From: Takakia lepidozioides
Lineage: Eukaryota > Plantae > Bryophyta
NCBI GenBank assembly: GCA_030704615.1
Contig: CM060732.1
Coordinates: forward strand, 80,972,001 to 81,036,000
Direction of reading: 5' to 3'
DNA: 64,000 bases
Of the stretch, positions 49,050 to 61,766 are shown one piece after another. The first letter of the stretch is position 1. Each line of letters begins with the position of its first letter. The translations under genes were made by a program, and so were the position numbers. A model generated the notes under the pieces. The model was not told where the DNA came from. It ran no database searches and saw only the letters and a program-made list of their open reading frames with translations.

Positions 49050-52000
49050 CCATCTCGACAATCCTTCAAAACCATGTCTCGTCTTTTTCTGTCAAGAGAT
49101 CGCTTTCTAATGAACTTCCCTCGCATGATTTGTTGATGAAGGTCTCCTTCATCCCCTAGGACTAACACTGCAACCTTTCCCTTGAGAGCGACTTCAGGTC
49201 AGGCCTCCTTTACTCCGGCCGCCTTGGAATGATTCATCCCTCCTCCACCCCTCTTACATTGCCACATATCCCCAAATCAGCGGTCTATCCAGCAGGTCTC
49301 ATCATTTCCCCATCAATGGCAGCCGGCTATGCGTGAGAAATCAGCCGCCTCCCCCCCCCCCCCCCTCCTCCCGGTCACCTTTCGCTTACCGCTCCTATCT
49401 ACTTTCGCTTCTCGTTGATGCTCGTCTCCCTGCGTCCTTGCATCACCGCCTGCAATCCTAGGACCAGCTCGATTTCTAATTGTATCTTGCATTGGTGTGT
49501 GCTCGTTGATTTCTAACTCCGCGCTTCTTCTCCGCGCTTCTTCTCCGCTTATTCTGATCTTTGCCCTCCCAGTATCTTGGCTCCCCTTCAGTCCCTTCTC
49601 TCTCACTCTTCCTAGCTGCCTGGTTTGGTTTTTTAAGTTCTTCTTCTCCTTTCCTCGTGCTACTACCCCTCTAGCCTGTTGTTTTTTCCTGCTTTTCTCT
49701 TTCTTGGCCAATTATGGCTCCTCAACATAGATCCTTCCATGAGAATACCTGGTCCCGCCACCCCCAACAGATCAGCGGCTGGAATGGCGCGCAACTCATC
49801 TATTCCGACCATTGGCACTGGCTATTTCCAAGCGCATTGTGCGTTGGCTCTTGATCAAGGTGCTAATGGACCAGCCCGCCCTGCGCATCATCGTCCCTCG
49901 ACCCCCCTGATCCCTCCACCCCTGCAGCCCTCGCCTCCACGAACTTCCATGAACGCCACAGGCTTCGCAGGTATCAGTCACTTGAACACCCCTCCCCCAC
50001 TGTGACCGGATGAGGAATTACTTGGAAATCTGGAAGAAATCTCTAACCTCCAGCATGCCATGAACAAACCACATCCCTCCCTCGGATTGAATGTGAAAAC
50101 ACTCAATTCTACAGTGGCAAATATTCAAGAGAAGGGCATTCTCCTCCATTTCCCTGGCAGAAAAGTGAGCAGGGATGAGGCGAGAGATTGGGCTGTGCGA
50201 CATCTGGGAGGGTCTGGCGATTTGAAGCACCACTTGGCCGGATTCAATGTTAACATCTTCCCTTGGTCACGGGCTATGGGGAATAAAAATGGCAATGTGT
50301 GGAGTCCTAGGATTATTGCTTGCCTTATATTCCAGATCAATACCTCTTCTTTCTCCCAGAGATTGGGAATTTCCTTGGGGTTTATCTTGGTTGCTTGGCA
50401 GTTTTTGAGCCTGGTATGAGCACGGACAATCTAAAGAATGATCCTTCTTGGAGGGGGGCTACCATTTCATCCAGGGCACATGAATCAGGCTTTGCAAAGA
50501 TTGTGGTTATGATGCCTGAGCATGAAGTTATTCCTCAATTTATTCGTCTCCCAATTGATGAGGAGGGAAATTTTTTTTCTATCAAACTATCCGAGGACTC
50601 AACCTCATGACTTGCTACTATTGCAGGCAAGCTGGTCACCTAAAGGCAGGATGTCCTAAAGGGGGCTCGTCGTTCCTGGAGAAAGGCTCTCCCACCGCTC
50701 CCACACATCGTCATCGGCCAACAGTCTCTGTTCCCTCTTAAATGAGCCCGCCTAGTGACTCCAAGATGGCCAAGCACCCACGTCTCCATCAATTTCAACC
50801 CCGCCCTGACTGGATCCCTTCTTCATCGGTGGGGGCCCAACCAAGAGCTCTCCCCAAGCAATCAATCAATCTGGACCCTCTTTGATTGTCGTCAACAATG
50901 GTGACTCTTCTCTTAATGCAGGGTCTAGTCAAGGTTGCCAGCCCTCGATCACTTCAAGACCCAGAGATCTGTCTAGAATTTCCCCGCCACCCTCTAGGCC
51001 CTCCCTTCCTCTGTCTGTTTCCTCTCTCATTGTATACAATCCGATAGTGGCCAGGGTCTGTACCAAAATTCAGTCTTTCCCTACGCTAGCCCTCCGGGGT
51101 TGTTCGCAGGTGACCTCTCCCTCTCATCCAAAATCTATCTGCCTTACCCCGCTCATCTCTCGTAGAGCCCCCTCCCCCTCTTTCCTTCTCACATCCAACA
51201 ATGGTGCAAACATTGAATCCCCTTTGGATTTCTAATCGCAACATCTCTCTCTTCATGGATCAGATCCCAAGGGACGGCAGCCCCATCCCAGCCCTCAAGA
51301 CCAAGATCAATCTCTATCTGCTCTCCAATCATCCCATCTCTCTTTCTCGCCCAATGTGCAAATTACCTCGGGGTCCTATGTCGAACGTAATCGCACTCTG
51401 GGGATAAACCTCTCCCCCACCGCTCAGATTCTAGCTCTCATGGACATGGAGGATCTACTCATCGACGGCTCTATCCCCCAAAGGCTCATGGATGCAACCA
51501 GCCCCTTTCAATCAGCCCCCCACCACCAATTTGTTCCTCAACAGATCCAGGGACACCTTGCACAATGCCTTCAGTATTCTGCATGCTCTGCTGGAATCAG
51601 AAGTCCACGAGAATAACAAATGGATCGACTCTCACCGCACTTTAGGCAGACCCTGGCCTATTATTGATCATGCGGGGATTGACTCTGACAGTTTTGAAGA
51701 CCTCCAAGAATTACAGCCCCAACTCCCGGCAGCCACCGGTCGGCCCTCAACTGGATGGGGCGGCAGCTATTTCAACGATCCCCGACGGCGTGGAGTCGCC
51801 CCAATTCCCAACACCAACACCGACCAACTCAATGCAGCCCAATGGAGTTCAATCTCCCCAGCTCCCAACGCCAACGCCGGTCGGATCCCCGGTCAGACCT
51901 GTCTCTCTCAATTTCATGGTAAGCCATACCACCATCACCATCCCCTTTCTTATTTTCCATCCCTCTCCCACTCATCCTAACAGGGGAAATATTCTCTGTC

Positions 52001-52828
52001 TCAAATCTAGATACCCTGTCCCTCGCACCTGGAAGGTCCTTCCCTCTATTTCCTTCTCTCTCTCAGATGGAGACTTCTCCATGTACTTTGGCACAGCGCC
52101 CTCTACCCTGCAATACACCCACATCCCTGATACTCATTCTTCTTTCTGACTTCTTCATGCAACTCTCGGGGAGACCCAAAGTAGTTCACAACAAATGGAT
52201 GTCATGTTCTAGATTCCAGCCTCTCCCGGGTGATGACAATTCTTACCTAAACAACAAAGCCACTCTCCTAATGACGATTGAGCTCTCTAGTTCGGTCAAT
52301 GAAGCCCCCAATGACCACTGTTGGCTTCCCTCACTGTTGCCCTCCGACAAGAGAACTAAATTCCACTTTCCCTCTGACAGGCCATCATTTGAGTCCTCCC
52401 CGCTCAGCCTGAATCACCCTCATGATGCAAGTTAACATTTCTTCTTGGAATATAAGGGGAATCGGCTTTGACCATACCGCCCTCAAGAAAATCAAACTAA
52501 GGTCTTGGCTAGCACCCCTTATCCCCTCGGAAGCGATTGTCTTCTTGTAGGAACACAAGCTCAACCCCCACAAAATTCAAAACCTTTCTGACAACCTCTG
52601 GCCTATTGCTTCAGCTCTCTGGAAACCCTCCTACGACAGCTCAAAGGGAGGCACATCGATTCTTCTCTCCCCCTCCCTCTTGCAATTCCTGGTTAAAGAA
52701 GAAGTTTGGGAGCTGGGGAGAGTGCGATTCTGCACTCTCCACCTCCCATCCGACCCGGAACCCCTTGGTTTGCTCAACATCTATGCCCCTAATTCAATGC
52801 CTGAACGTTTGGCCCTCTGGGACTTGAT
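49050..52828 (+). mobile_element. Degenerate L1-like LINE: ORF1 with zinc knuckle and start of ORF2 (APE endonuclease), truncated
   Basis: ORF1-like ~50010-50660 with CYYCRQAGHLKAGC (~50613-50655). ORF2 from 52422: MMQVNISSWNIRG..IVFL*EHKL..KGGTSIL..LLNIYAPN..ERLALWD. The 5' boundary is approximate. Confidence 0.85.
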
Positions 52829-52849
52829 CAATGCCCGAATGGCCGTTGA

Positions 52850-54548
52850 ATAGTCCATTAGCATTTGTATGTCTTGAGGGTCATTACTTAGAGGTTGAGG
52901 GCTGGAAAAAGTTGACTTTGCAAAAGCACTGTTTAGTTGCATCTGGGGTCATTGACAGAGGATTCAAAGATGAAGTTCGGTTACTCATTGCTAATCCCGA
53001 ACGTATTAATGTGCCTGTAAGAAAGGGATAGGTTTTGGCTTGCTTAATAGCAGTACCACTCTCCGATATTGCATCCGTACAAGGAGCCTTGAGCCTTCAT
53101 GACATTGGCCTGGTGGACACCCCGGTGGACCAGCTCCAAGCCTTTGCTGCACACAAGGGCCCGGTAACCAGTCCTGACCTGTCACCTACTCAAGAGCTTC
53201 ATTTCCAACAGGTCCTCGCTGAGGTCAAGGTAGGAGACCATCTTACCCCCGCACAGCAGGCTTAGTTTCATGACTTCCTTAGGCACAACTTAGATATGTT
53301 CAACCAAGGGCCTCATGACCTCGGCCGCACGGATATTCTTCAATATGACATTATCATGGATGGAACACCCATTAAACAGTATGTTTATCGAGAAAGTGTC
53401 CGTGAATGCAGTGTCATTCAAGAAGAAATCACGCGGATGCTCGATGCAGGTGTGAATCACTCCCTCTATCTCTCCATGGGCTAGTCCCATTGTCTTAATA
53501 GGCAAAAAGGATGGCTCCACTCGTTTTTGCGTTGATTTCCAAAGGTTAAATGCTATCACCAAACCTGATGTATATCCCTTACCACGCATCAATGAAACGC
53601 TTGACCAACTAAATGGGGCCACTATCTTTTCTTCCTTAGATCTTGCCGCTGGATTTTGGCAAGTCCCCTTAACCACTACTGCCAAAGAAAAAATTGCATT
53701 CATATGTAGGATGGGCATGTATCAGTTTGAAACCATGCTTTTTGGCCTCTGTAATGCCACGGTTACTTTTCAAAGACTCATGGATGTAGTCTTAGGCAAT
53801 CTACGATGGGAATGTGCCTTGGTGTACATAGATGGCATTAATGTGTACTCCACGACCTTTGACGCTCACTTGCTAGATTTGCAAAGGGTGGTGTGCAGGC
53901 TACGTGCTGCTAGACTTAAGGTGAAAGCCAAGAAGTATGATTTTTGTATAGAACAATTGCACTTCCTAGGTCACTTGCTTTCTGTTGCAGGCATTCAGCC
54001 CGGCCCTCGCAAAATACAGGTAGTCTGGGACTACCCTGTTCCTAAAGACAAGCATTGCATCAAGGCCTTCCTCGGCTTGGGCTCTTATTATTGCCGCTTC
54101 ATTTTTCAATTTGCCAAGATCGCTACTCCATTGACCAGACTGTTGTCTAAGGATGTCCGTTTTGTGTGGGGTAAGGCTGAAACCTCGGCCTTTGAAAAAT
54201 TGAAGATTGCTCTTATATCAGCCCCCGTGCTTGCTTACCCTGACTTTACCAAACCCTTCCTTTTGCAAACTAATGCTAGTGACCTTGCCATCTCCGCAGT
54301 GCTTAGCCAAGTCATTAATGGTCTTGAACATGCGGTTGCCTATGCTTCTCGCCAATTAGATAAGCATGAACGTAACTATTCTATTACAAACAAAGAAGGG
54401 CTTGCTGTTGTGTTTGGTGTCAAATATTTTCGTCGGTATCTTCATGGCCGTCCCTTTGTCATTGAGACCAATCATTTGCCGTTGAAAGCCTTACTAACCC
54501 CTCGCGAACTAACTGGGCGTTTGGCAAGATGGGCCCTGATTTTGCAGG
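52850..54548 (+). mobile_element. Ty3/Gypsy pol fragment: dUTPase-fold domain, RT, RNase H (pseudogenised)
   Basis: GVIDRGFKDEVRLL; [34 protein letters not shown]; YIDG (for YxDD); RNase [49 protein letters not shown]. Confidence 0.93.
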
Positions 54549-55050
54549 TGGGTAGGTGCAGACTACACTGGCTCAAAAGCGACAGATGTGGCCTCCACTG
54601 AAAGTCCATGAGAAAAAATTCATGCACCTTTTAATTAAGGATATTTGTTCAAATATATTTTTATCTTCATAGGTAATGGTATACTAATCATATTTAGTAA
54701 ATAGTCTCATCCCAAATATTTGAGATATTTTTTTAATTATATATTTTTTAAATATTTTTCTTTATTTAAAAACTATTATCTTGTAGTTTATAAAATTTGT
54801 CCATATAACAATAAGCTCCTAGAGACAATAGAAAACAAGGAAAAATATTTAAAAATATATTTAATAAAAAATATCTCAAATACTTGGGATGAGACCATTT
54901 ACTAAATATGATTAGTATACCATTACCTATGAAGATAAAAATATATTTGAACAAATATCCTTAATTAAAATGTGCATTAATTTTTTTTCATGGACTTTAA
55001 GTGGAGAGCACATTTGCTGCTTTTGAGCCAGTGTAGTCTGCACTTACCCA
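54549..55050. mobile_element. Foldback/MITE-like element with ~210-bp terminal inverted repeats
   Basis: 54549-54760 is the near-perfect reverse complement of 54840-55050 (TGGGTA.GTGCAGACTACACTGGCTCAAAA...). No TSD seen. Confidence 0.9.
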
Positions 55051-56950
55051 ATCGTTCTTGGAGCTTTTTGAGATCAGCAACGAAATGAATGGGGTCCCAC
55101 CTAGGTTTCTAGTAAAGTCCGGTTTGTCTCAAAGGAGATGCCCGAAAATTGTTTGAATCCAACATCAATGATAAAGTTGATCTTGCCCCGAGAGAAGCAA
55201 GGGAGTTAGCTCGCAAGCTGTTTCGTGAAGAACAGCCCATAGCCTACACCACACCAGACTTAAAATTTCACTATGGAGACAGTGTTTGGAAGTTGAGCAA
55301 TTTGTAAATCACTCCTGATTGCCTCTGAAAGACTAGCTATTTTGAAACATTGCTTTGTGAAAGGTCTTCCCTCTGCTGAAAAAGTATTTATGCAAAAACA
55401 AACTTACACTATTGAGGATGAGATGGTGGAATTGATTGAAGAAATGTTACGTCTCAAAGCTGCCAAGGCAGGCCTATCTAAAGCTACCAACACAAAACAC
55501 ACTCATTTGGCTAGTGATAGTAACTGTGTAGAGCATACTGATGGGGACCTTGGGGTGAAAGGTATTGTAGAAGATCTGGTCCCTTCCATTGTGCATTAGT
55601 TGTCATCTTTTCGTAATGAAATCCAGGGAGAACTTCAAGCCTTCAAAGCCGAGGTAGGCTGGAACTCTACAGTCTTTGCCAAATCTGGGCCTCAAGGTAA
55701 GATCAATGATGGCATTCGTCATGAAGCCAGGACTTCCGTGGTGGCATGCATGATCTGCAAGTCCACTACGCATTACACCAGGTGGTGCCCTTACCAATCT
55801 GACTTACCTGCTCTGATTAAACAGCTGCAAAGAGACAAAAACAGAAGGGTACTTTAAACGAACCCGGTCATCTGTGAGGGTGCCAGATGACCATGGTAAG
55901 AACCCCAAACGATGGTAAGTGTTGTTTCTCTCTCGTGATTTCAAACTCATGCATTGTGAGGCCTATAAACGCATCAGTAGGGACCGGATCCACCCATTGA
56001 TGACACAATGTCATGTGGGCCACCTTTCCTTTCCTTGTATTATTGATACTGGATATACCATGTCTGCCATTCCACTTAGCATAGTTCGAATTCTTGGATT
56101 AAAAATTAGCCCTGCCCGTGGCCTTGAAGTTACCATAGCTGATGGCACGGCATATGAACCCATAGGGTTGGTCATTTTGTCTATTCGCATTAGTGGGAAA
56201 ACTGTCTTGCTTATCTGCATTGTCACCATGGGTGAACAAATTTTACTGGGCTGGATTGGATGAAGGGTGCAAAGGCAAGCATTGACATCATGAACAATTT
56301 CATGTGCCTACACAATGGTGAGGGGCAACCTTACAAAGTGAGTCTGAGCCATGTTACTATTGCTGTCAGGACCTCTATGGCCAACTCTTCTCATCTCAAA
56401 CTTCAAGCTGAGCAGATGAAGGAGTAGGTGGGTTTGCATTATAATTGGGCCAGATTCAGCCAGTTTCAACCACCTGGTGATAATCTGTACCAATGGCATT
56501 TCCCTCCGCCAGGTAAGAAGTCTAGACCTCCCCTGCATGTGGCAAAGAATACCATGTTGCTACGTGCTCTAGTTGACTTTATTATCCCAACTTTTTCTCA
56601 GCGCATAGTGCCTACAAGCCTAGCCTTTGCTTGCCCTACAGGTCATTTCCTTGAGATAGAAGGCTGGAAAAAACTTACCCTACAAAAGCACTGTCTGATT
56701 GCTTGTGGGGTTTTAGACAAGGGATTTAAGGGAGAGGTCAGATTACTGGTTCTGAGTCTTTCAAGGTAGGGCAGTCTGTATGTGTAAGGCTCCAGCCTGG
56801 TAAGCAGGTATCCAAGGCCAAGCGGCGGATTGATGGACCTTACCTGATTTCTGATATTCTTCCTGATTGACAGTATGTGTTGCTTCCCCAACATTTTTCC
56901 ACTCCTTACCTTGCTAGCCCTGTTCATGTTTCCTTGCTTCTTCCATGTAC
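55051..56950 (+). mobile_element. Internally deleted Ty3/Gypsy element: gag, zinc knuckle, protease, dUTPase-fold domain, integrase C-terminal GPY/F
   Basis: HCFVKGL; CMICKSTTHYTRWC; IIDTGYTMS..QILLG; GVLDKGFKGEVRLL; then from 56760 FKVGQSVCVR..GPYLISDI..PVHVS. Confidence 0.85.
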
Positions 56951-58149
56951 ACTCACTTTTGATCTAACCTGTTTGAATATTGAGAACCGCCAGGTGATTT
57001 TCACCCCTACAGCTCGAACAACTCATGATCAGGCCATGGCTTCTTCCACTTTAGAGTAGTTTTGAATTTTGTGACAGTTTTCTGCACCATTTGTAGCAAT
57101 TGGGGTTTTTCCTATGGGATGTTTTGTCCTCCACCCAGCTTGCAGGGTGAGGTTTTCTTCCCTAGGTTTTTTCATCCCTCTTGCATCGGGTGTTTAGTTT
57201 AGTTTAGGCTACCTCCTTCTTCGTTTTTCGTGAGATCTTAGTTCGCAGGAGCTCATAGCTCATAATGGCCCTGGCATGCATCACATATGTGATGATGGGA
57301 TTCCCCCTCACCTCTTTTTCTGCCTTAGATGAATGGAGGGTAGATGATGGGAGGATGAACAAGGGATGTAAAAGGGATGGACGGACTTAGGATGTGGTCT
57401 GGATGAACTTCTACCTAATGCATGAGGATGAGCTGGCAACAGCTTATGGCTTTATTATATGCTGTCTTATTCTAACAGCTAGTTTAGGATTAGATTAGGG
57501 TGATACTATATGATGTGGCTTCTTTCTATGGTCAGGCTGGAACGACATCCAGTTGACCTATGTGTAAATGCCACATGGCACAAAGATTGGATTATGACCT
57601 AATGCTATTTAAACTACACTGCCGTGGCAGTCAGGGTGGTTTTTGCTCTCATCTTTGTACGACTGTGGAGTGACGGCGTGCTCAAGTGCTTGCATGAAAG
57701 TTGTGTGGATGTTTTAGTCTGTCGCGTCCTCTGCGTAAGATTCCGTTTTCTCTGCCTGGCTCGTCTACCGACTACATTCCCCTGACAAAGTTGGCCCCAG
57801 TAGAGTAGGAAGAACAAACCCATAGCGCCGGAATCATGTGCATCACAAGGCCCTAGAATATATTAGATAAAAAAAGGGATACAAGTGGAAAAAATAACCA
57901 CTGGGGCGTGTGACGCGCGGGTACTAACCTCCCTAACCAAGTGAGAGAAGGAGGAGAAAAGAGGGATAAAACAAGTGTTAGGTGTTATGATGCACTTGAG
58001 CAGGTAGCCCAATGGTTGGGTATTTGTGCCTTGCCTATGCATAACCAGGGTGATTCTGGGTCAATCCTTCAACATGTGCCTTCAACCCCAATGGCCCCTC
58101 GTTGGGCTGTGTGTTGAGCAGTAGGCTCTGTAAATTCACTGGACATTAA

Positions 58150-59536
58150 CCCCTAAAAGATGATGGGTCGCGTCGAAATTTCGAATGGATGAAAACTTCA
58201 CGGATGAAGTTGGATCAATTTGAGCCCTGAATGAAAAGTGTAGCTTATTAAATTCTGAGCCCCCTTGCGTTGATGGCACCCCAAAAAACCTAAAGGACTG
58301 CCATCAAAGAAATTTTGGAGTGCTCTCGGGTATGGGGCCTCGAGGAGGGTTGAGGGGTGCCGGCAGGGGCTGCATGTCCACCCATGCGGACAGTGGCATG
58401 CCCCACGGCACGCGCGAAGGGTAATGGCAGGCCTCCTGTCACTTCGTTAGAGCAGGTGTGGCGTAGTCTGCCAATTTTGAGACTAATTCTTAGGCCAAAT
58501 CGGCCACCCAGGGTGTTCTGCCGATTCGGCAGGCAGAATCGGTAGGGATAGCCGATTATGCACCGTGGACCGCAGAGCAACCACCCATGCCCATATCATC
58601 GGCCATCAGACATCCACCCGCTGGTCTTCCCTTTTGAGGCTCGCCCCGTTTACATCCTCTCCGGACTCTCAATCTGGGCAATCGATATGGGATAATTGAA
58701 CCCAATCATATTGTGCCAGGTGGCGGAGAGAATACGCCACAACCTGCTTTTAACGCTAGTGAACGGGCCGTGTTGGGCCGACTCTGCCCTGTGCGGCCAT
58801 AGGGCTCACCCTGACAGGCTCGTCCAAAGGCCGCTTGCAGGGCAGAATCGGCCCAACACGGCCTGTTCTCTAGTTCGTCGAAATTGCTGAGGTGGCCCCT
58901 TTTTCTTGGCCGGAAGTCTCTACCGGCTCAAGCAATACATAGTTGGCCTGATCTGGGATTCAAGTAGGAATTTAGTTTTGTGGCAATCTCTATCTGTAAA
59001 CAGCTTAGAATGGTGTCAATGTTTTTTCCAGGGTAGTGAGTGCGAAGGCTAGCAACAACATGACCACAGGAATTTTGCTTCCCTAAAACATTGGGACGCA
59101 TGTGGGATGATTTGGGGGCCCCATGGTAGAAATGGCCATTTTTACCCCCCTACAAACCCATACAAAGCAACTGTTCTGAATTTTTGGAATTTGGCTCTGG
59201 ATTTTAGGGTGGACATGCTGTAGGTGCCATATAATCAGAATCTGGATAGCCTGTAACAATGAAAATTGTAAATGGTAGGCCATCTGCTTGGTCAAACCAA
59301 ATTTTCACTATGAAATTGGAAAATAGTAGAAAATTTGGCCTAGCATTTTTGTTATAATCTTCCTAATTAGATGGTAAAATCTCCTGATATTTTTACAGGA
59401 GGTGTATGAAGTAGGTAGGATCACTTTCGTACAGTTCATCCCATTGGATGTTTGTCAAATGAGAGATATACCCTCATCCATGAGGGTATGCCTGGTTTTG
59501 GAAGGACCCCACAAAAACAGGCTCCTCCTTTAGGGG
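58150..59536. mobile_element. Non-autonomous DNA transposon with piggyBac-like ends
   Basis: TTAA|CCCCTAAAAGATGA ... TCCTCCTTTAGGGG|TTAA: 14-bp TIR (12/14) with TTAA on both sides (58146-58149, 59537-59540). No transposase ORF. Confidence 0.6.
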
Positions 59537-60809
59537 TTAAGCAAACTTGATCTTGATGTGTTTTTACTCCCTTTAAAAAAAAAAACTAAATGACCCTTCA
59601 TAAGTGTTAAAATTTTCTTCAAACGTTTCAAATGCTGAATAGATGTATCTAAGGAATATCTAAGCATCATGACATATGTTAGCTCCTTAATTTTATTTAA
59701 CATGGGGACCATTCAAACTCTTGAAGTGTTAGATTCTCGTTTTCAGGCTCTATGTAAGTTAAGTATTCCTTCTCTGACTGTGATTTTTGAAAGATTCTTA
59801 TTGTATGTCTGTTATGATGTTGAATATGAATATGTTTAAACAGTTTTTCTACTTGGGGGATGTAACACATGTAGAGGTACATAGACTGCAGAGTGCTCCT
59901 TCCCAGGTGGGCTCAGCTTTTCATGTTGTTTCCAGGACCAATACGGAGGGATTGATTGGAGTTGACGGAAGTTTGGTGTACTGGAAACTGTCAACCTACA
60001 CCTGGGCTGTGGTCCTGAATCCTGATCGTTACGGAATCCCAAAAAGGCCAGAACAGCAAAGACTCCAAATCCAGGGATAATATTCTCTCGAGAGTCCCAA
60101 AACCCTGTACAAGATTCTCGAGCCAGACTAAGGATTCCAAAAGTCAGTGTAGCGGGGATGTACTTGGGTTTTTCAAAATAGGCAATTTGTGGTTTGATGA
60201 AGCAAATTGAGTGTGGGTTTCAGTCTTTTTTCCTGTTTCTCGTGGCCAGCACGCAGAATCTGTGGGAGGAAAGCAAAGTCTCACCAAATTTGAAGGCAGA
60301 ATTCCATGATCAGGCATAGGGTGCTTTGAAGGTATTTTTAGGGGGGGTCGACAATGGCTTCATCCATAGCTTGGAGCTTCAAAATGGCAGCGTGCTTCCA
60401 AAGGAGCCCATTCAAAGGAACCCATAACACATGAACTGCAGCTCCATAACCTCTCGGGTGAGGAAGTGGCACACACTTAACGTGCTTGTGAGTGAGACGA
60501 CAAGGTTGACATGATGACGATTGGATGGCTTACTGGGGGTGGGCCACGTATTATTATTATGGGTCAACGCTGCGTGGCCACCCTGCATGATCCAAACTTT
60601 ACTAGACCCCTCGTACCTCATTTGCAGTGTATATTCTACAGTTTAGTTCGATGGAGAGTCTGTACAAGCTGTGGGTGTGTTGTGCGTTTCGTTTCGAAGT
60701 CCAGTGCGTGTTGAGATTCTTGACTAGACCGACGTTGTTGTCTGATACGAAGTTTCTGCTACATTGAAACCATTCCTCAGTGTTCAACTGCTGTAGTTGA
60801 ATACAAGCC

Positions 60810-61442
60810 ATGGTGTCAATCACTAGCAACGGTAGAATGACAGCCAGTATCATATATCAACGAGTAGTGTTGATGGTTGTTGTCATGTGGGCAATTTTGA
60901 ATACAAGTCCGAGCATGGCGTTTGCAGGCACAAAGTTTGGGGATCAGGCACCACCCAACCTCTTTCCTGCAAGAGAAACCAAAGTGCTCAATTTCTTTTT
61001 GCACGATAACTTGCTGATTGGGAAGAATTCCACTGCCATAAATGTGCTGCCGCCAGTGGCAGGATTTAATTCGACACTAACAAATCAAAGCTTCTTTGGA
61101 GCCGTTAATGTTTTCGATGATCCTCTCACTCACACGGCTCATCCTAACTCTTTGGAATTGGGGCGAGGTCGTGGCTTCTACGTTTGGGATGCAATGAACA
61201 TTACTGGTCCGGGCATTGAGTTTATTTTCACAGCTGTTTTCAATGAGGCGAGTGGCTATGGCGGCAGCACACTGAGCTTTCAAGGTCACGATGTTGTGGT
61301 TGATCCGGTGAGGGAGATCTCAATCAGTGGCGGTACTGGTGAGTTCCGTTTGGCTCGAGGGTGGGCTGTCATTACCACCTACTCAATGATCGGTGCAGTT
61401 GCAAACCTCAACATCACGGCCTATGTAATTGTTGGTTGTTGA
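60810..61442 (+). CDS. DIR: Dirigent protein (intronless, secreted)
   Basis: Hydrophobic signal peptide; dirigent motifs LNFFLHD, FGAVNVFDDPLT, GRGRGFY, REISISGGTGEFRLARG; several N-x-T sites. Start may be 60810 or 60837. Confidence 0.93.
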   Translation: MVSITSNGRMTASIIYQRVVLMVVVMWAILNTSPSMAFAGTKFGDQAPPNLFPARETKVLNFFLHDNLLIGKNSTAINVLPPVAGFNSTLTNQSFFGAVNVFDDPLTHTAHPNSLELGRGRGFYVWDAMNITGPGIEFIFTAVFNEASGYGGSTLSFQGHDVVVDPVREISISGGTGEFRLARGWAVITTYSMIGAVANLNITAYVIVGC

Positions 61443-61766
61443 TTTGATACTGCCTTGGGCATGCATCTTGATTTGCTATATAAGCATGTCCCAAATGTCT
61501 GTAGATGATGAATTGGAGGTTCCTTCAGGGCTTGGGCACAGTTCGTTTTTCTTTGCTCTTTCTACTGCCATGTCTACTCCTGCATGTTGATTTTTATTTT
61601 CAAAAGATTTGGAGTACATATATGAGGATCATTGTGCTTTCATGGCTTTGGATTCCATGCATTTCTCTCTCATCTACAGTATTGGCTTGCTCTCAAGCTC
61701 ATTGTTACTAATTGCTACCCGCGAACATAGAGGTGTATTTCCCAGTTGGATTTTGAATGGCAGTTA

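Noticed and set aside
57060-57850. 3' LTR of the Gypsy element
   Set aside because: Plausible by position, but no partner LTR, clear TG..CA ends or PPT could be defined.
58004-58070. tRNA gene or SINE (A-box-like TAGCCCAATGG)
   Set aside because: B-box degenerate, no cloverleaf, no tail or TSD.
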